Assembly (NCBI RefSeq): GCF_009914755.1
Contig: NC_060937.1
DNA length: 64,000 nt
Reading direction: 5' to 3' (one strand)
DNA from: the human T2T-CHM13v2.0 reference genome, Homo sapiens
The translations under genes were made by a program, and so were the position numbers. Positions 1 to 14,570 of this stretch are shown one piece after another. The notes beneath the pieces were generated by a model that was given only the letters and a program-made list of their open reading frames with translations, was not told the origin of the DNA and did not search any database. Numbering within the stretch: the stretch's first letter is position 1; every line of letters starts with the position of its first letter.

Positions 1-214
1 TTACTATCTGTTGTTTTGTTAATAACATAATATTTCTACACTGTCATTATATTATTAATTGAGCTTGTATAAATAAATAATGGCCAATGGATTATGGTTA
101 TATGTGGGGTCTATTAGTTATGAAATTTTAGTTTGCCATTTTAGGTCCCATACATAATTTGGCATCAACACTTTATTAATGCAAACAAGTAGAAAATTTG
201 AAACTTATCTCCAA

Positions 215-780
215 TGGAAGATGGAAGACTGGATGAGATCACCAAGGAAATGAGTGCATGTAGGGAAGAGTAGAGATCCAAGAACTCCAGCTTCAGAAAT
301 CTCAAAGAAATGGACAAATCAGCAAAGACGATTGAGGAAAAGAACCAATGAGACAGAAAGAACACCATGAAAACATGATGTTCTAGAATTCAAGTTTAAA
401 AACCTGTAGCACGGAGGAGGGAAGGAGGAGAAGCAAGTAACAGTTTGCAAAAGAGTATGAGAATGAGAATGGCCTGTCAAATTAGCCATGCAGAGCTCAT
501 TGGTGGTATCGACTAGCAGTTTTATTGGAGTAGTGGGGGTGAAAGTCTAAGTGGTTTTAGGGAAGAATAGGAGGAGAGTCACTGTGGGCAGCAAATGTAA
601 ACAAGACTTTTGAGGAATTTTGTTATAAAAAGGGAAGGGAGACATTGAAGCTAACTTCAAAGTAGAATAAAGGGAAAGAGGATTATTATCTAATACTATT
701 AATAGTAATGATTATTATTATGTTAAGATGAAAGAAATGAGAATTTGTATTGTGCTAATGGGAGTCAACGCAGAGAAAAA
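215..780 (-). mobile_element. L2 LINE fragment (old, antisense)
   Basis: Purine-rich tract 'gactggatgagatcaccaaggaaatgagtg...cagcaaagacgattgagg...ggagtagtgggggtgaaag' follows the antisense L2 consensus; boundaries approximate. Confidence 0.75.
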
Positions 781-1624
781 TTTCTAATGAACACTTCATT
801 AACTTAGGTCATCTCTTTAACATCTCTGTGGGGTCTATACTATTATATCTTCAATTTAATAGAAGCAGTAACATTACCCAGCTAGCATGTGGGCAATCTG
901 GTATTTTATTCTTGGCATTATTGTCCAGTCTTAGGTCTTAAGCACTTTCTCTTAAACAGTATCTATCTTTTAAAAATGCACAAACATGTACTTATACCAG
1001 CTAAATTATAATGTATCCACGTACCATTTTCTTTAGGGAATTTCTTAGTGATGTGTCTAATTGTTCTTTCATTTTCATGTATTTTACTGAAAAATAAACT
1101 ATTCAGTGTTATATTGGTTAATATAAGTTCTCATCAATTTCTGAAATGAATATAACTGCTTTATTACCAAGAAATGATTTTATAATCTGTAAATATTCAT
1201 TTGACAGGTTTTTACCTTCAATTGGCTTAAAGTAAAAGAAAGGAATATTTGGGTTTAAACTGAGAAAAAAGTTGGGTGATTTTTGTCCTAATTTACAGAT
1301 AAAGATTTCTCTTGTAGTAGTTCTATCTTGTAGTAGTTACCATTGTCTATCATTTTGACCAAGAGAAAGATAGCACGTATAATTACGCATCAGTAGTTTT
1401 CCCTTTGTACATATCTTTTTTGGGGAGAGCGGGGAGCACAATTCAAGTCTTAACAACCATAAGCATTTTATGTGCATTTTGATTTCTGTGAGCTACATTG
1501 GGAACTGTAGAAGGCATCTATAGAGTTCAGTAGCCTCATGACTGACTGACTCATGCCCTCCCACTCAGTCTCTTGACCACCCTGGAAATATATGAACTTG
1601 AAGAAAATGCTACAACAGCTAATG

Positions 1625-2110
1625 AATCAGTGGGTTCCCACTCATCTTAGAATAAACAAAAGTCCCCTTAACATGGTCACAAGGATCTCAACGGTCCCAT
1701 CTCAGCCACAATACTGGGACCTTCTGTGCCAGCACATCTGGCTGTATTTTATTTCTTTACATTCTCGGCCTTCCTACTTCCTCTCACCTTATGGTGTTAG
1801 CTTGTGTCATTTGTCCTCCTTCTTCCTTCCCATCAACTCTTAGCAGACATTTACTCATTCTTTAGACACTAGTACCAGCATTGTCTTCTCATGGAGTCAT
1901 CTTGGGCCACCCTAAATCAAATTCTTTCTTCAGAGGTTCTTAAGCAAAAATTCACCTCTTTGTCTTAATTATATCACATTGCAGTTTTGTGCTTGGTGTG
2001 TGTGGCTATTTGGTTGACATATACTTCTCATAGACCCTTAAAATAGGGACCATGTATGTCCAAGGCCTTATTAGCGCCAGGCTCACAGTAGACATTAAAT
2101 ACTTTCATGC
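1625..2110 (+). mobile_element. L2 3' fragment
   Basis: Pyrimidine-rich L2 3' motifs ending 'ttagcgccaggctcacagtagacattaaatac'. Confidence 0.6.
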
Positions 2111-2674
2111 ATTTTTTTAAACAAGGAGGTACATTAAATTGTTGGATTCTTTATTTCCACTCTCTTGAATGTGAGAAATAAAAGGCTCATTTTCATCTTT
2201 TCTTTGAAATAGGGTAGTTTTTTCTGGATATAATTTCAGTTAACTCATAGACCTAAATTTGGTGTTTAGCAATCTTTTACACAAATATATGTGGGTGATA
2301 ATGTGTCAGAATGAAGAACTTTGAAATTTCTGTGCAGAATGTCTCAGCATCATCCTTGGATGTGATGATGGACTTGGGGGCTTGTTCTGTATGATATTCT
2401 TATGTTTGCCTTACAATTTTTTTCTGGGACTTCAAGGTGGAAGTGGGATAGGCATTCCACATTAACTTGTGTATGTGTTACATGAAAAAAGATAAATTAG
2501 AATAATGAAGACTCTTGATCCTTAACTATCTTTATAGCTGGCCAAATCTGTCACAATTAATTCTATTGCACAAAATAACTATTATATAACAGCAATTTTG
2601 AATCTCATCTTTTCTTAGTTGCTCTCACTATAGCAAAATGAAAATATAATAACTCACTAAGTCATTTTTATCAT

Positions 2675-2925
2675 TAAAAGGGTGGGCTCAGGGAACAGGC
2701 ATTCTGGGTTTGCATGCAGGACTTGGAACTTCTACCTTCTAGTTGGGGACTGTGTTGCAGTTACATAACAGCTCTGTGTCTTGGAGGGTTTTTATGTATA
2801 AAATGGGAATACTAATACTACCTTACAGGATCGTTTTGAGGATTAACAGAGTAGATCCGTGTAAACCCCTTAGAACATTGTCTGGCCACAATATACATTA
2901 AAAATACTAGCTGTTATTCATAATA
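2675..2925 (+). mobile_element. MIR SINE
   Basis: MIR core 'tataaaatgggaatactaatactaccttacaggatcgttttgaggattaa...cttagaacattgtctggc'. Confidence 0.75.
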
Positions 2926-4930
2926 ATATTATTATTACAACTTGGTGAGAAGATGGGAACATTTTCTATTTCACAGTAGTAAAAAAAAAAAGAACTCTTT
3001 TGTATAAATTTCATGAAGATTTGTTGAGCACCTATTTTATGCCAGACACTGCATGTTTTGTGAATATAAATGAATAAGACATTCATTTCAAAATGCAGAC
3101 AAAAGTATGTATAATTTTGGACAGTGTGAATTTAGTGAAATCTTCAAGTACCTGGAGTTGTATATGTAAAAAAAAAAAAAGAAAATATTCATATCTAATT
3201 GTTAACTACAGAAAATATTATAAACCCTGATTTTATCCAAATGAGAAGACAGCCACTGAATGTAGATAGGACGGGCAAATAACAGGAAGCTCAGAGCCTA
3301 ATTCTCTCCCAACAAAATGTTTAAAGCTCTTATTTTAAGCCCATTTCTGGCACCTGGTGTCATTTACCCTTGAAAGGTTTTGCTTTTATTGCAGCTGGTT
3401 TACTCTGCGCTGTCTTTTGATGAATTTCATTATCTCATGTTGTCTCTTTAATTTCACATTGGTATATGAGCACAAAGTAGAGAACTATTGGAAAACAGTG
3501 AAAAGAACTCTGGTCTAAAAATCAGCCCCTTCCTGACTGTGGCAGCACCCTCTGACCTCTTTACTGGTCGAGTTACTTCATCCTTCTGGACCTTATTTTA
3601 CATCTTCTGTAAAACAAAAAGGTTGTATTAGGTGATCTAAAGTGTCGGAAGGTTATGCTTGCCTCTCTGCGCATCACTGTGCCCCTTCAGTAAGATAAGG
3701 AGACATGCCTGCCCTGAGCTGCTGCTAGGATTTCATGAGTCACCATGTCTGGAAGTGCCTGGGACATCACAAACCCTCTCTCTATCAGTGTTATTATTCA
3801 TGGAATGACGCTAAACCCACTTAGGAGTTCTCTTGGGTGATTATAGAAGTTTTTGTGCAATTTGGTTTTCAGAAATGACAGCACAGTAAAAGCAATGTGC
3901 TCTAGTGCCTAGGAAGCTCACCAAGATTGAATGAAGAGCAAATGTAATTCTATCAGTGCTGAATTTTTCTTAAGTTCTCTCCCACAGTAACAGCTAAATG
4001 CCATTTCTAAGGTATTTAGGAAGGCAGTGTCATGGAGTTTTCAGCATTCACATGAAAGTTTAGCTGACTTCTGGGGAAAATAAGCCAGCCTAAGAATGGA
4101 CTTTGCTCCATGCAGGGGAGATATTGCCACTTCTCTACTGCTCCGTGAGTTCATATTTAGGGGGGTTACATCGGGGGCTACTGGAGTGGAAAGGCTTTTA
4201 AGTATTGCATCTGATTCAGCCAGCAAGTTGAGTCACAAAGTGGATTACATAAAAGGAGGAGGAGGAGATTGTGGTGCATGTGTCCCAGAAAATATTTAAT
4301 TCAATTCAAAATCTCAACTCTGAAGATAAATACTGCCCTAATCTGCATCCCTGGGAACCATATATATACAACCCCCACCACATATAAGAAAGTAGCTCTA
4401 AAGAAAATAGTGCAAGCCTAAATATATTGGACAAGTGGGATTAGTTGCCACTGTATATAAAGGAGCAAATCCCATCAGGAAACTTCCAGAGTAATATCCC
4501 CGTTGACAGTTATTATTCCCTATGTTGCCACTGTAGTATATTCTGTTTGTTTCTCTGCTTTCTTTCCCTGTGAAGTGTATGGCCTTCCAAAGTATGTGCC
4601 ATTTGTTTTATCATTTTCTTTCTCTCTCTGGTTAGACCCACTCTTTTCATAACATCTTTTAAGATACAGAAAAGAGTGATGGCTTTTTCAACTCTGTATT
4701 CTCACTCATAACACTGTATCTGGCCCAAAGAATGAATCCTCGCATGTTGTGTGACCCATAGTGAAGAAAATATAGGAACAAGGATATGTCCCTTCCAGTT
4801 TTGGCCTCTCCTTGTTTATTTTAATCAAGGTGATATGATATGTGCTATGAAAACAAATACCCAATGCTACAAGGCTGACTAGAGACAACCAAACAGTAAG
4901 CTTTTCTTTTCAAATTAATTTATTGTAGAC

Positions 4931-5148
4931 TCTGGGTCATCAAACTACAGCCTGAAGACCAAAGCCATCTTGCAGTCTGTTTTTGTAAATGACATTTTAT
5001 TTGAACACAGTCACACTTATTTATTTTCATATGAGCCATGGTTTCTCTCTCCCTACAGAATTGGGTAGATTCAACAGAGACCATATGGCCTACAAAGTAA
5101 AAAATATTTACTATCAAGTTCTTTACAATTCATGTTCACCAATTTCTG
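4931..5148. mobile_element. MER58A-like hAT-Charlie MITE
   Basis: Matches recalled MER58A ('caaactacagcc...gtttttgtaaat...cagagaccatatggcctacaaag..aaaatatttactatc'); perfect 8-bp TSD ttgtagac at 4923-4930 and 5149-5156. Confidence 0.9.
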
Positions 5149-6349
5149 TTGTAGACTATTTAGAAGTAGAAAATGAAATAATTATCATTTCTCTTAGTAA
5201 TTTGTTAAATCCAAAGAAAACATGTTTTTATGTTACAGTTAGCCAAAGGCCTTATGTTTTTTCAGACTTTTAATATTCTCTAAGCATATTCTTCACACAT
5301 TATCTGTTAATGAAAACAGTAAACTGATTAGGCTCGATTTATGGTAAATGAAAATCTTCCCTTATAGCTAAATCGCATCCATCACTGGACCTTCATAAAT
5401 ATACAACTCCAGTTCATGGTGACATCATAAACTTCTCCTCTGTAGTTTACCCTGATGTAAATTGTCCTCCCCCTGGTATTTATGACCTACAGTTTCCCAA
5501 TACCAGAGTACAGTTTATGAGACAAATGAGTCTAGTCCTCCACTGTCATTCTTAGATTGACAAAGTCCTATATTAAATTGGGATCAACTATATATGATGT
5601 GCATTTGTGTTGCAAAAAGATACAGCAGTCTGCTGGATTTATCAGGAACGTTTTGGGAAATAAACATCCATGCCCTGGCTAAATAAAAGATGAAATCAGT
5701 ACTAGTCAAAAAAGTCTTAAAATATGACTGCTCTGTTTCTAAAATGTTTTCCCATCTTGCCTTTGTAGGGAACACTCTTAAAATGCATTGCTCTGTGATA
5801 ATGGGCTCAATTTAATGAGTAAAATTTCCTTAATTTTCTCTTGTATTTTGGATATACCATAATCCTACCTAATTTCAAATTAGCTACAATGGCAGATAGT
5901 TAGGCATTGTGAATAAAAATGCCCACCTTATAATAACCAAATTAATATTTGAATACTTCATTGTATGTAGTCATGTACTAGTTAAGTATAAGATGATAAC
6001 TGCCTTTCTCTTTCTTCCCGATCTGTGAAAGCTATGCTCAAATCCTCTGTCTACTGAGCAATCCTCCCAGACAAACCCAGTGCTGCTGCAACTGCTGTTG
6101 CATTAAATGATTGTTCTACACTATTAACACCACATCTTATACTTCTCATGAGTATGTGACACATCATTTAAACCTGACTTCCACCAGTGCAAAATGCTGA
6201 TAGTATACATCACTGCCTGGTACCCGCCTTGTGTCATTTCTCTGTAGACCTCAGCATGCCACCTCTCAGCCATATGAAATGATTCTGATGGAAGGAGATC
6301 TAACCCTCTGCTTATTTCTTTTGCACTCCAGAGGATGTAACAGGGCAGT

Positions 6350-6600
6350 AATAAAAGCTAATATTTATTGACCACTTGCTCTGTGCCAGGTATTTGTTAT
6401 CTCATTTTATCTTCACAATGACCTTATAAGATAGCTACTGTCTTTATAGTATCATTCTAGTTTTACAGATGGTAAACCTGAGGCACAATCAGGCTAAGCT
6501 AGTTGCATAAGGTCACAAAGCTAGCAAGAGGTAAAGCTAGAATTTGGCCTCTATGGGCTGACCCAAATGTAGAACTCTAACCACTGTACCACAGTGTAGT
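6350..6600 (-). mobile_element. MIR SINE (near full length)
   Basis: 'ttttacagatggtaaacctgaggcac...aaggtcacaaagctagcaagagg...actctaaccactg' is antisense MIR. Confidence 0.85.
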
Positions 6601-7939
6601 TGTCCAGGCGGTAAATCCTTTGTTGACTGGGTCACAAATGATGCATATAGATGGTTTTTACAGTGTAAAATCTCATGACTTAAGTTATTCAAATTTTGTG
6701 TAAAGATAATCAAAATATAAATTTCAAAATACACTCAGAAATAGGTTCATTTGTTTATGTAAAATATACTAAAAAGAGCTTAGGACATTAAGTGCCTCCA
6801 TGAATGGGCATTTCATCACAATTGGATTGCAGTGGGTGACACCATAAAAAAACTAAAATCAGTCAGGGAGATGTTTTAGAAGATATGGTTTGTAAAAGTT
6901 CCTTTGAGGCCCTTAGACTAGGCAGTAAATGTACTGCCCCCAAATCCTCCTCCTCTCCAGTTGGAAGATAAAATTGCTATTATAATCATGGGTCACTTCA
7001 AGTTCAATGGAACTTACTCTCTGGGGAAAAAAATGGCCAAATAAAAAGCAAGTTTTCTATCTATTTTCAATGATAAATGTCTGGCCTACTTCAAGAGCCT
7101 TTTGCCAGGGTTCAACTAATTTCCATGCAGCCAGGCCCAACATGCCAATAATGATGGACAGCGTGAGACACCAAAGGATTCTGCGGATTATGACTTCTGC
7201 TCTGCAGACAGACAGCACTTCGTTTAAGTGGCTTTCCAGATATCTCACTGTGGATCTGATGGAAGGATTTAGCTTAAAGCCAGAGGTTGTAACCTTTTGT
7301 CTGTGAGATGAAGCCTTTGACCAGAGGTGTAGCACAGAAACTGCTACCCTGTGTCATCCTTATTATGCAGCCAGCTTTGCAAGACTGCACTGTCTTTCAT
7401 ATATTTACCTTCTCTCATCAAGGCACATGATAATAAAGATATTGATTCTCATGCCCTGCAACTTTCTTTTTAACTAATTCAACATGTTTTCATTGCCTAT
7501 GGGAAAGAGAGCTAATTCAAAGGCAGGAGTCCATTAATTTTAGAAATTTAAGGCAAAAGAAGAACTGATGGATAATTTTGGAAAATTGTCCTGTCCTCTG
7601 CTTACTGTTACCATAATACCTTCAACTCCTGGTGACTGGATTGAGATATTATTTTAGGTCAATTTAGATGGGTGGGATTCTCTGAGGTCACATGATTTGA
7701 ATCAAACCAAAAGTCATAGACCAAAATTGGCTAAGTGCCATGCAGAAATAGAGGGCATGAGTCAAAGCTTAAGGGTACCGATGAGCAGAGGCGGAGTCCT
7801 TGAAGCCAGAATCAATGGCCTGATGTGTCCAAAACCAAAGAGTGGTGGACTCTGCAAGTTTTGAAAAACAGGTAAGTGGTGGGATGATTCACTGTAGCAT
7901 TCTTCTGAAAAGCAAGTGCCTATATGCCTTTTTGAAAGT

Positions 7940-8830
7940 AATGTTATTTACAGCCAACAACTAGAAACAACCCAACTATCCCTCAGTAGGAGACTGTGTA
8001 AACAATTGTAGTGTAGCCATACAAAGGAATACTACTGAACAGGAAAAAGGAACACAAAACCGATTCATGAATTGACATGGATGAATCTCAGAGATATACA
8101 GAGCTGTAGGGTCCAGAAACATGTATCTTTATAATAGAATGTTTTATATTCCTTTTAGTATATACCCAGTAATGGGCGTATGTTCACCGCAACGCCGTTC
8201 GCAATAGCAAAGACATGGAATCAACCTAAATTCCCATCAGTGATAGACTGAAAAAAGAAAACATGGTACATATATACCATGGAATACTGTGCAGCCATAA
8301 AAAAGAACAAGATCATTTCATTTGCAGGGACATGGATGGAGCTGGAGGCCATTGTCTTTAGCAAACTAACACAGGAACAGAAAACCAAATAGTGCATGTT
8401 CTCACTTATAAGTGGAAGCTAAATGATGAGAACACATGGACACACAGAAGGGAACAACACACAATGGGGACTTTTGGAGTGTGAAGAGTGGGAGTAGGGA
8501 GAAAATCAGGAAAAATAATTAATGGGTACCAGGCTAAATACCTGGGTGATGCAATAATCTGTATCACAAACCCCCATTACGTATGTTTACTATGTAACAA
8601 ACCTGCACATGTACCCCTGAACCTAAAAGTTTTTCTAAAAATTGTTAGTCAAAAAATAAACATTTCTAAAAATATATAATGTAAATAATTTTTAGCAAAA
8701 ATTAAAGTTCAGAAACAAAGGAACATCTTCTGTCTTATTCCTTTACTTGAAATGCAAAACCAAAGTTTAGCCTAGCAGAAAACACCTCAGTGCTTGTCCA
8801 GGGTTAGTGGTTGGGGTAGGAGATGACTGA
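7940..8830 (+). mobile_element. Old L1M (L1MC/ME-type) 3' fragment, split by the younger L1PA at 8122-8706
   Basis: 'cagccaacaactagaaacaacccaactatccctcagtagg...atggatgaatctcag' resumes as 'aaggaacatcttctgtcttattcc' after 8717. Confidence 0.7.
8122..8706 (+). mobile_element. L1PA13-16-type 3' end with short 5' inversion (8122-8177 antisense)
   Basis: Antisense 'tgtatctttataatagaatg...atatacccagtaatggg', then sense 'cgtatgttcacc...tgtacccctgaacctaaaa'; TSD gt(c/t)cagaaaca at 8111-8121 and 8707-8717. Confidence 0.85.
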
Positions 8831-9084
8831 AATGTATATCTCAGTATGTTGATTTTTTTTTAAGTGAGGCTATTTCCAAAAATTTCATTTACATGGAATA
8901 GTTCCAGGATATCCCCAATTCATGAAACAAGGTTGCTTATATTATGGTGAAATGTCTTTGGACAACAGTGTTATGTGTTACAGTTTGTTCTAGAAAACTC
9001 TTTGTAGAAAACTTGGAACATTTTACAGTTGGTTTAATAAACTCTGTTTGTTCCTTTGACGTCTCTCTAACATTGAGGTAGGGC

Positions 9085-9330
9085 ATGACAGCCTGTGTGT
9101 GAACTGAGAAGTCTGCAGACTGGAGTTGGACGTTGGACTTTGCCATTCTTTAGCTATGGGATGTTGGACAAGCTACTGAACATCTTCAAACCTTACTTTC
9201 CTTATCTCTAAAATAGGGTTATTAATAAAGCCTTCTGCATAATTCATTGAAAAGAGTAAATTAGAATGATTATAAAGCCCTCAGAACCATGTGTGTCCTG
9301 TAATAAGCTCTCAAGAAAGGCTAGTCATTC
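9085..9330 (+). mobile_element. MIR SINE
   Basis: 'tagctatgggatgttggacaagctactgaac...ccttatctctaaaataggg...ctcagaaccatgtg'. Confidence 0.65.
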
Positions 9331-12288
9331 CATTTGTATAAACTCTTCTCGGAAACCCTTGTCAACATGCCCCAAATGGATGGAATCAACACTCCATCTA
9401 TTACAGCCTTGACCGCTGACATCACTGGTAACCTATTTGCTTCTCCTGCTCCACTGTGAGCTTTTCAAGATGATTAACTCTGAGTCCTTTTCATCTCTCT
9501 ATTCCTGGTACCTAGCACCACAACTTTTAGAGTACACTCACCATCAGTGCAGGAACTTCATTCTTGAAGCTTAAATCATCAACATTTCTTTCAGTCTCAC
9601 GCTTTTCTTCAGAATGAGCTGCAAGAGAATCCATGTCTTGTTGTGGGACCCAGCTCCAAAGCCTGTATGGACCTGAAGAATTACACAAGGGCAGCAGGAG
9701 TTACACAGAGACGAGGTAACATATTTTTACATCTCTCCTCTTCACATTAGAAACATGAAAACCAGAGTGAAGTCCCTGAGGTTACTCGGGAGAATGCCTT
9801 GGTAAACCTTCCATGGATTTTCTGCAGAGTAGGATCAAGTGAAGAATGTTTCCACACTTGAGGGAGACTTCACACATGCTAAAAGTTTGATGCATAATAT
9901 TTTTGGGTTAGACCACAATGCTTCTTCCCATGGTGCCCGCTTGTCATATTCATAAACATGGACTTCATTTACTAGCTTTTGTTCTCTGCCAAACCTCATC
10001 TCATGCTTTTTCAGTAATGTTAGCTAGGTTGTCTGCACACTTGAATATTTAGGATAAGACCCTCAATCCTAATAGCCTATATTATAAATGTTAACATTTC
10101 TGTCTATATAGTTATATCTCCTTATGCTTCTTTTATTAAGTTAATAATAATTCAATTAATGATTGTAATGATAGATACAGAATAAAATTATAAAATAATA
10201 AGTTAATAATTTTGCTTACAGCATTGCTTAACTTAAGTGTACAATTTCACACAGAAATTTTTGATAGCATGTTCCTCTCCTCACGAGTGATATTTTAACT
10301 TTGGATATTTATGGAGAAAAGGAAGGAGTTAACTGGGATACAGGATTTATGTAAAGGTCTCTCTTTCCCTCTCTTTCACTGCCAAAAGGACAAAGAAATC
10401 CCTAGGCAAATATCTGGTACTACATAGAAGTATTTGTCTCACCAAGTTGTTGCTGAAGGGCACTTTTCATACTATTAATATTATTTGAGAGACGAGCAGA
10501 CACACCAAACCAAACATAATCCAAGACAAAGAAAATGGATTGATGTCAGATTTTAACCTGACTGAACCCTCTTTCGAGTATATCTAAGTGATATCTCCTC
10601 TGGCCAACAACAACATTAAATGCAAATATTTCTCTCTATTCCCTTTCCCTTTTCCACAACCCACAAATACTGTTGGCTGCAAGTAGGAGGAGAGAAGTTC
10701 GGAACTGCTTCTATTCTTTATGTAGTGCTCAATTGAGTAAGGCAGTCTTCCTGCACCATTTTAAAACTTAATTTTTGGTTGGGGTACAAGACCTTTAACA
10801 ATTCAGCTCCTTTTAATATACCCGTGCTACTAAGTAATGTAGCAAAATACATTGAAAGTGATTAGCCCTTTAATACTGCACACCATCTGCTTCAAGTCCC
10901 TTTCTTTTTACAGCCCACGGTTGGAAAATGTTTCACACATCCCTACACATTGCCAGTCGATGGTCTGATTCTCCAGTTTAACTTCAAAAGGGAAAAACAG
11001 GTTCAAATCAGTATAGAACATTGATGACCTTTGAGAAAATGATTTCCCTCAGTTGGAGCTTAGATAGAGCACAGAGATGTGGCATGTGTTTGCAGTTCAA
11101 CTAACCTGTCCAGTTTTGTCAGTAGTGGTAGACTTCTATCTGGCATGGTCCATCTGCCACCCCATGAGGCTGTCATAGCTAAGAAGGAGAGATTTGAAAC
11201 ACAAAAATCCTCTGCTAACATGATAGTATCAGCAATCAGTCATTTGATGTAGAACAAAGATCCAGTGATTTCTTTCCTTGGTGCTATTGTCAACTGTTAC
11301 TTCTAAAATACAAATGCTTCATAAGGAGTTCACCTAAAATGGCATTGCAGTCACTTCAGAATCCATGCCTGGCCTCACATCCCTATGATTTCTTAGAAAC
11401 TTAACATATTAATACATTCATGGATGTCCATGCATCTGAATATTTCAAATACAGGGCAATTTTAAATGGTGAACCAATAATTTTCCTAGCATGTTTCTTA
11501 ACTGAGGGGTATTTTCTACAGACCTAGGGCTGCATTCTCTCTAAATATGTTCTTTCCAGTGAGTGGCATGGTTTTGTAATTTTTGAATACAACGGAGGAA
11601 TGAAAGAGATAAGGAAATGAACACATTTTTCCTGGTATACTCCACAGCTGGTTTTAAAAGAATGTTTTTCAAAAGAGGACCACTGCAATGGAAGGAACAC
11701 AGTAACCTGAGGTGGGAGATGGCAATTTTGATCTCAGCTCAGCCTCACCTGAGCCTTACTTGACTTTAGGCAAGTCACTTATATGATGTTTCTCAAGATA
11801 AAAGTGTTTGGAAGATTCAGGATTTGAATCCTTAACTGCCTCCCAAGTGAAGCACCCTGACTTTCTTAAGGTTTTGGGACACCACTTTCTTCATTATCTC
11901 TTCTTCCTTCTATTTTCACATAGCCTCAAGTTGTCTTGACTATAACCCAAAGATGATACTACCTTATTGTTACATTGTTGTAAGAATTAAATGAGATCTT
12001 GTCTGCCAAGTACTTAGCAAGTGGTGTGGCTCATAGACATGTCTTGCTACATGAAGGTGCTCATCATTCTTCTTGCTGTTATTTTTTATGAGGATGCATG
12101 CCACTATTACGAAGAAAAAGTATTACTACTATTTTTCCAACCACAATTGCCTTGTGCACTGCTGACATCAGTATATTTCCTACATAAATATGCTGGAGAA
12201 TATAAATTTGGCTAGTTTTTATTATAGAATAGTCCAATTGTTTTTCTAGTTATATATTGCTGCATAACCAGGTACCCCAAAAACTTAC

Positions 12289-12685
<397 letters not shown>

Positions 12686-12904
12686 TAACTTATTTGAATT
12701 TACTTTGATATTTTAAAATCTTTATTTCAGCTATTCATTTTTTTTTCCTAAGTGAAAGCAGGACAGTTAAAAATTTTTTCACCGCTACTTTGAGTTTAGG
12801 TTTTGTATGACATCACTAATCCTTTGAGCAGTGGTGCATGATGTCTCTAAAATGAGGAAGAGGCAGGGAATAACGGGAGACACAAAGTATAGCCGACAAC
12901 ACAT

Positions 12905-13095
12905 GCTCTAGCATGAGACAGACTCTGTCTGCACGTTTCTGAATTCTGACTTTGTCACTTACAATTTGTCTGAACTTTGGCAAGTTATTTAAATACTCAG
13001 AGCTCCAAGTTTTTCAACTACAGAGTGGGGTGACTAACACCTGTCTCAAGAGGGTGTTGTGAGGATTAAATAAGAAATTATTTGTAAAGTTCCTA
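12905..13095 (+). mobile_element. MIR SINE
   Basis: 'gtcacttacaatttgtctgaactttggcaagttatttaa...gttgtgaggattaaataag'. Confidence 0.75.
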
Positions 13096-14136
13096 GCTTT
13101 GATCTTATCCTATTAATTATACTCCCCTTAGCTCTTTAAGGTAATACAACACAGATCAAAATATCACAGTTCGAGTTTATTCAACTGTAATGACTTCATA
13201 GAGGATAATCAGTTGTCCTTAAAATAACCTGTTTGATCTGTGCTCATCGTCTTTTCCAAAAATATTTGCATGACACCAGACTAAACGTCGCACTGGGATT
13301 TCACAATAACACTTCACTATAGAGTAAATTTTGATGTCAGACACATTTTGTCTTTTTTCCAACGTCTCTCATGTATCAAAACAGATTGGAAGTCAGGTGT
13401 TAAAGCACATCTTCAGTGAGTTCCACTTTTTAGTCCAAGAAGAATTTACAAGTTTATAGTATTTTTCCCTTGTAGAGACTACTGGTTTTACTTATTGTAA
13501 GTCACCATTACCAGTACAAGGAAGTGAAATATCCTCTTAATTTCTGAATGAGAATCAGTTTGAGTGAAGGAAAGCAAAAGCACAAAATTATGGTGATGGA
13601 GATTCAAATGTTAGACTTTTTTTTTACTTATATACTTGAAATTTTACCCCCAGTGTATTAATGAAGATTTTGCATTTCATTTTCACTGCATTTATTTTTT
13701 GATTAATGTAGTTTCTATTTTTCTAGATAAGAGGCACAAAAGAAATAAAACAAGTTTTCAGACTGATTGCTAATTTATATGAATTCATGTATTCAAATTT
13801 ATGATCTTTGAATCAAATAGAAGTGCTCAATGCTGTTTTTCAAATCTCTGACATTATTTACATAAAAGCCTTTTTGAAATATCAAAAGAGATTATTTGTC
13901 ACTGAGGAAATTTCAATAGTACCCTGATGCTTCCTGAAGATGTTTTGAGGTATGTGATAACAGAATGCCATTTGGAACTTAAAATTTGCCAGTAAAAAAC
14001 ACTTATGAACAGAAACACCCAAATGGATTTTTCATAGCTTTTTAGTATTTATCAAACTGTGATACAATGGTTAATCCAAAGATCTGTTTTTATAATTAAG
14101 AATAGCAACAGTTGTAACCTGTATTCTCATAAAGCA

Positions 14137-14570
14137 ATGCATCCATTTCTTATAACTGCTGTAAGAAATTACTGCAAATATGGCTTAAAACAACACAGAT
14201 TTATCCTATTACAGTTGTGGAAGTCAAAAGTCCAAAATGGGCCTTACTGGGCTAAAATCAAGGTGTTCTCAGTGCTGCGATTCTTCTTGGAGGCTCTAGG
14301 GAACAATCCATTCCTTGGCCCTGTCCAGCTGCTGGAGGACATCAGCAGCCCTTGGCTCGTGCCTTTTTCTCCCATCTTTGCCTCCAGCTTCCATCATTTA
14401 AGCATTCTTCTGATTACTCTGGGCCCACCCATGTGATCCCAGATAATGTCCTCATCTCAGGATCCTTAATTTTTTCACCTCTGCAAAATCCTTTTGGCCA
14501 TGCAACATAACCTATTAACAGATTCCCATGACTAAGAAATATGGGGGTCTGTTATTCTGCCTACCGCAGC
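14137..14570 (-). mobile_element. MLT1D/E-type MaLR LTR
   Basis: 'ggcttaaaacaacacagatttatc...gggctaaaatcaaggtg...ggaggctctaggg...ttattctgcctaccgca'. Confidence 0.85.

Noticed and set aside
7007-7335. Overlapping antiparallel ORFs, one with a hydrophobic stretch
   Set aside because: No recognisable homology or exon structure, and the lengths are within chance expectation. The 'ggacagcg' at ~7156 is only half of a REST/RE1 site
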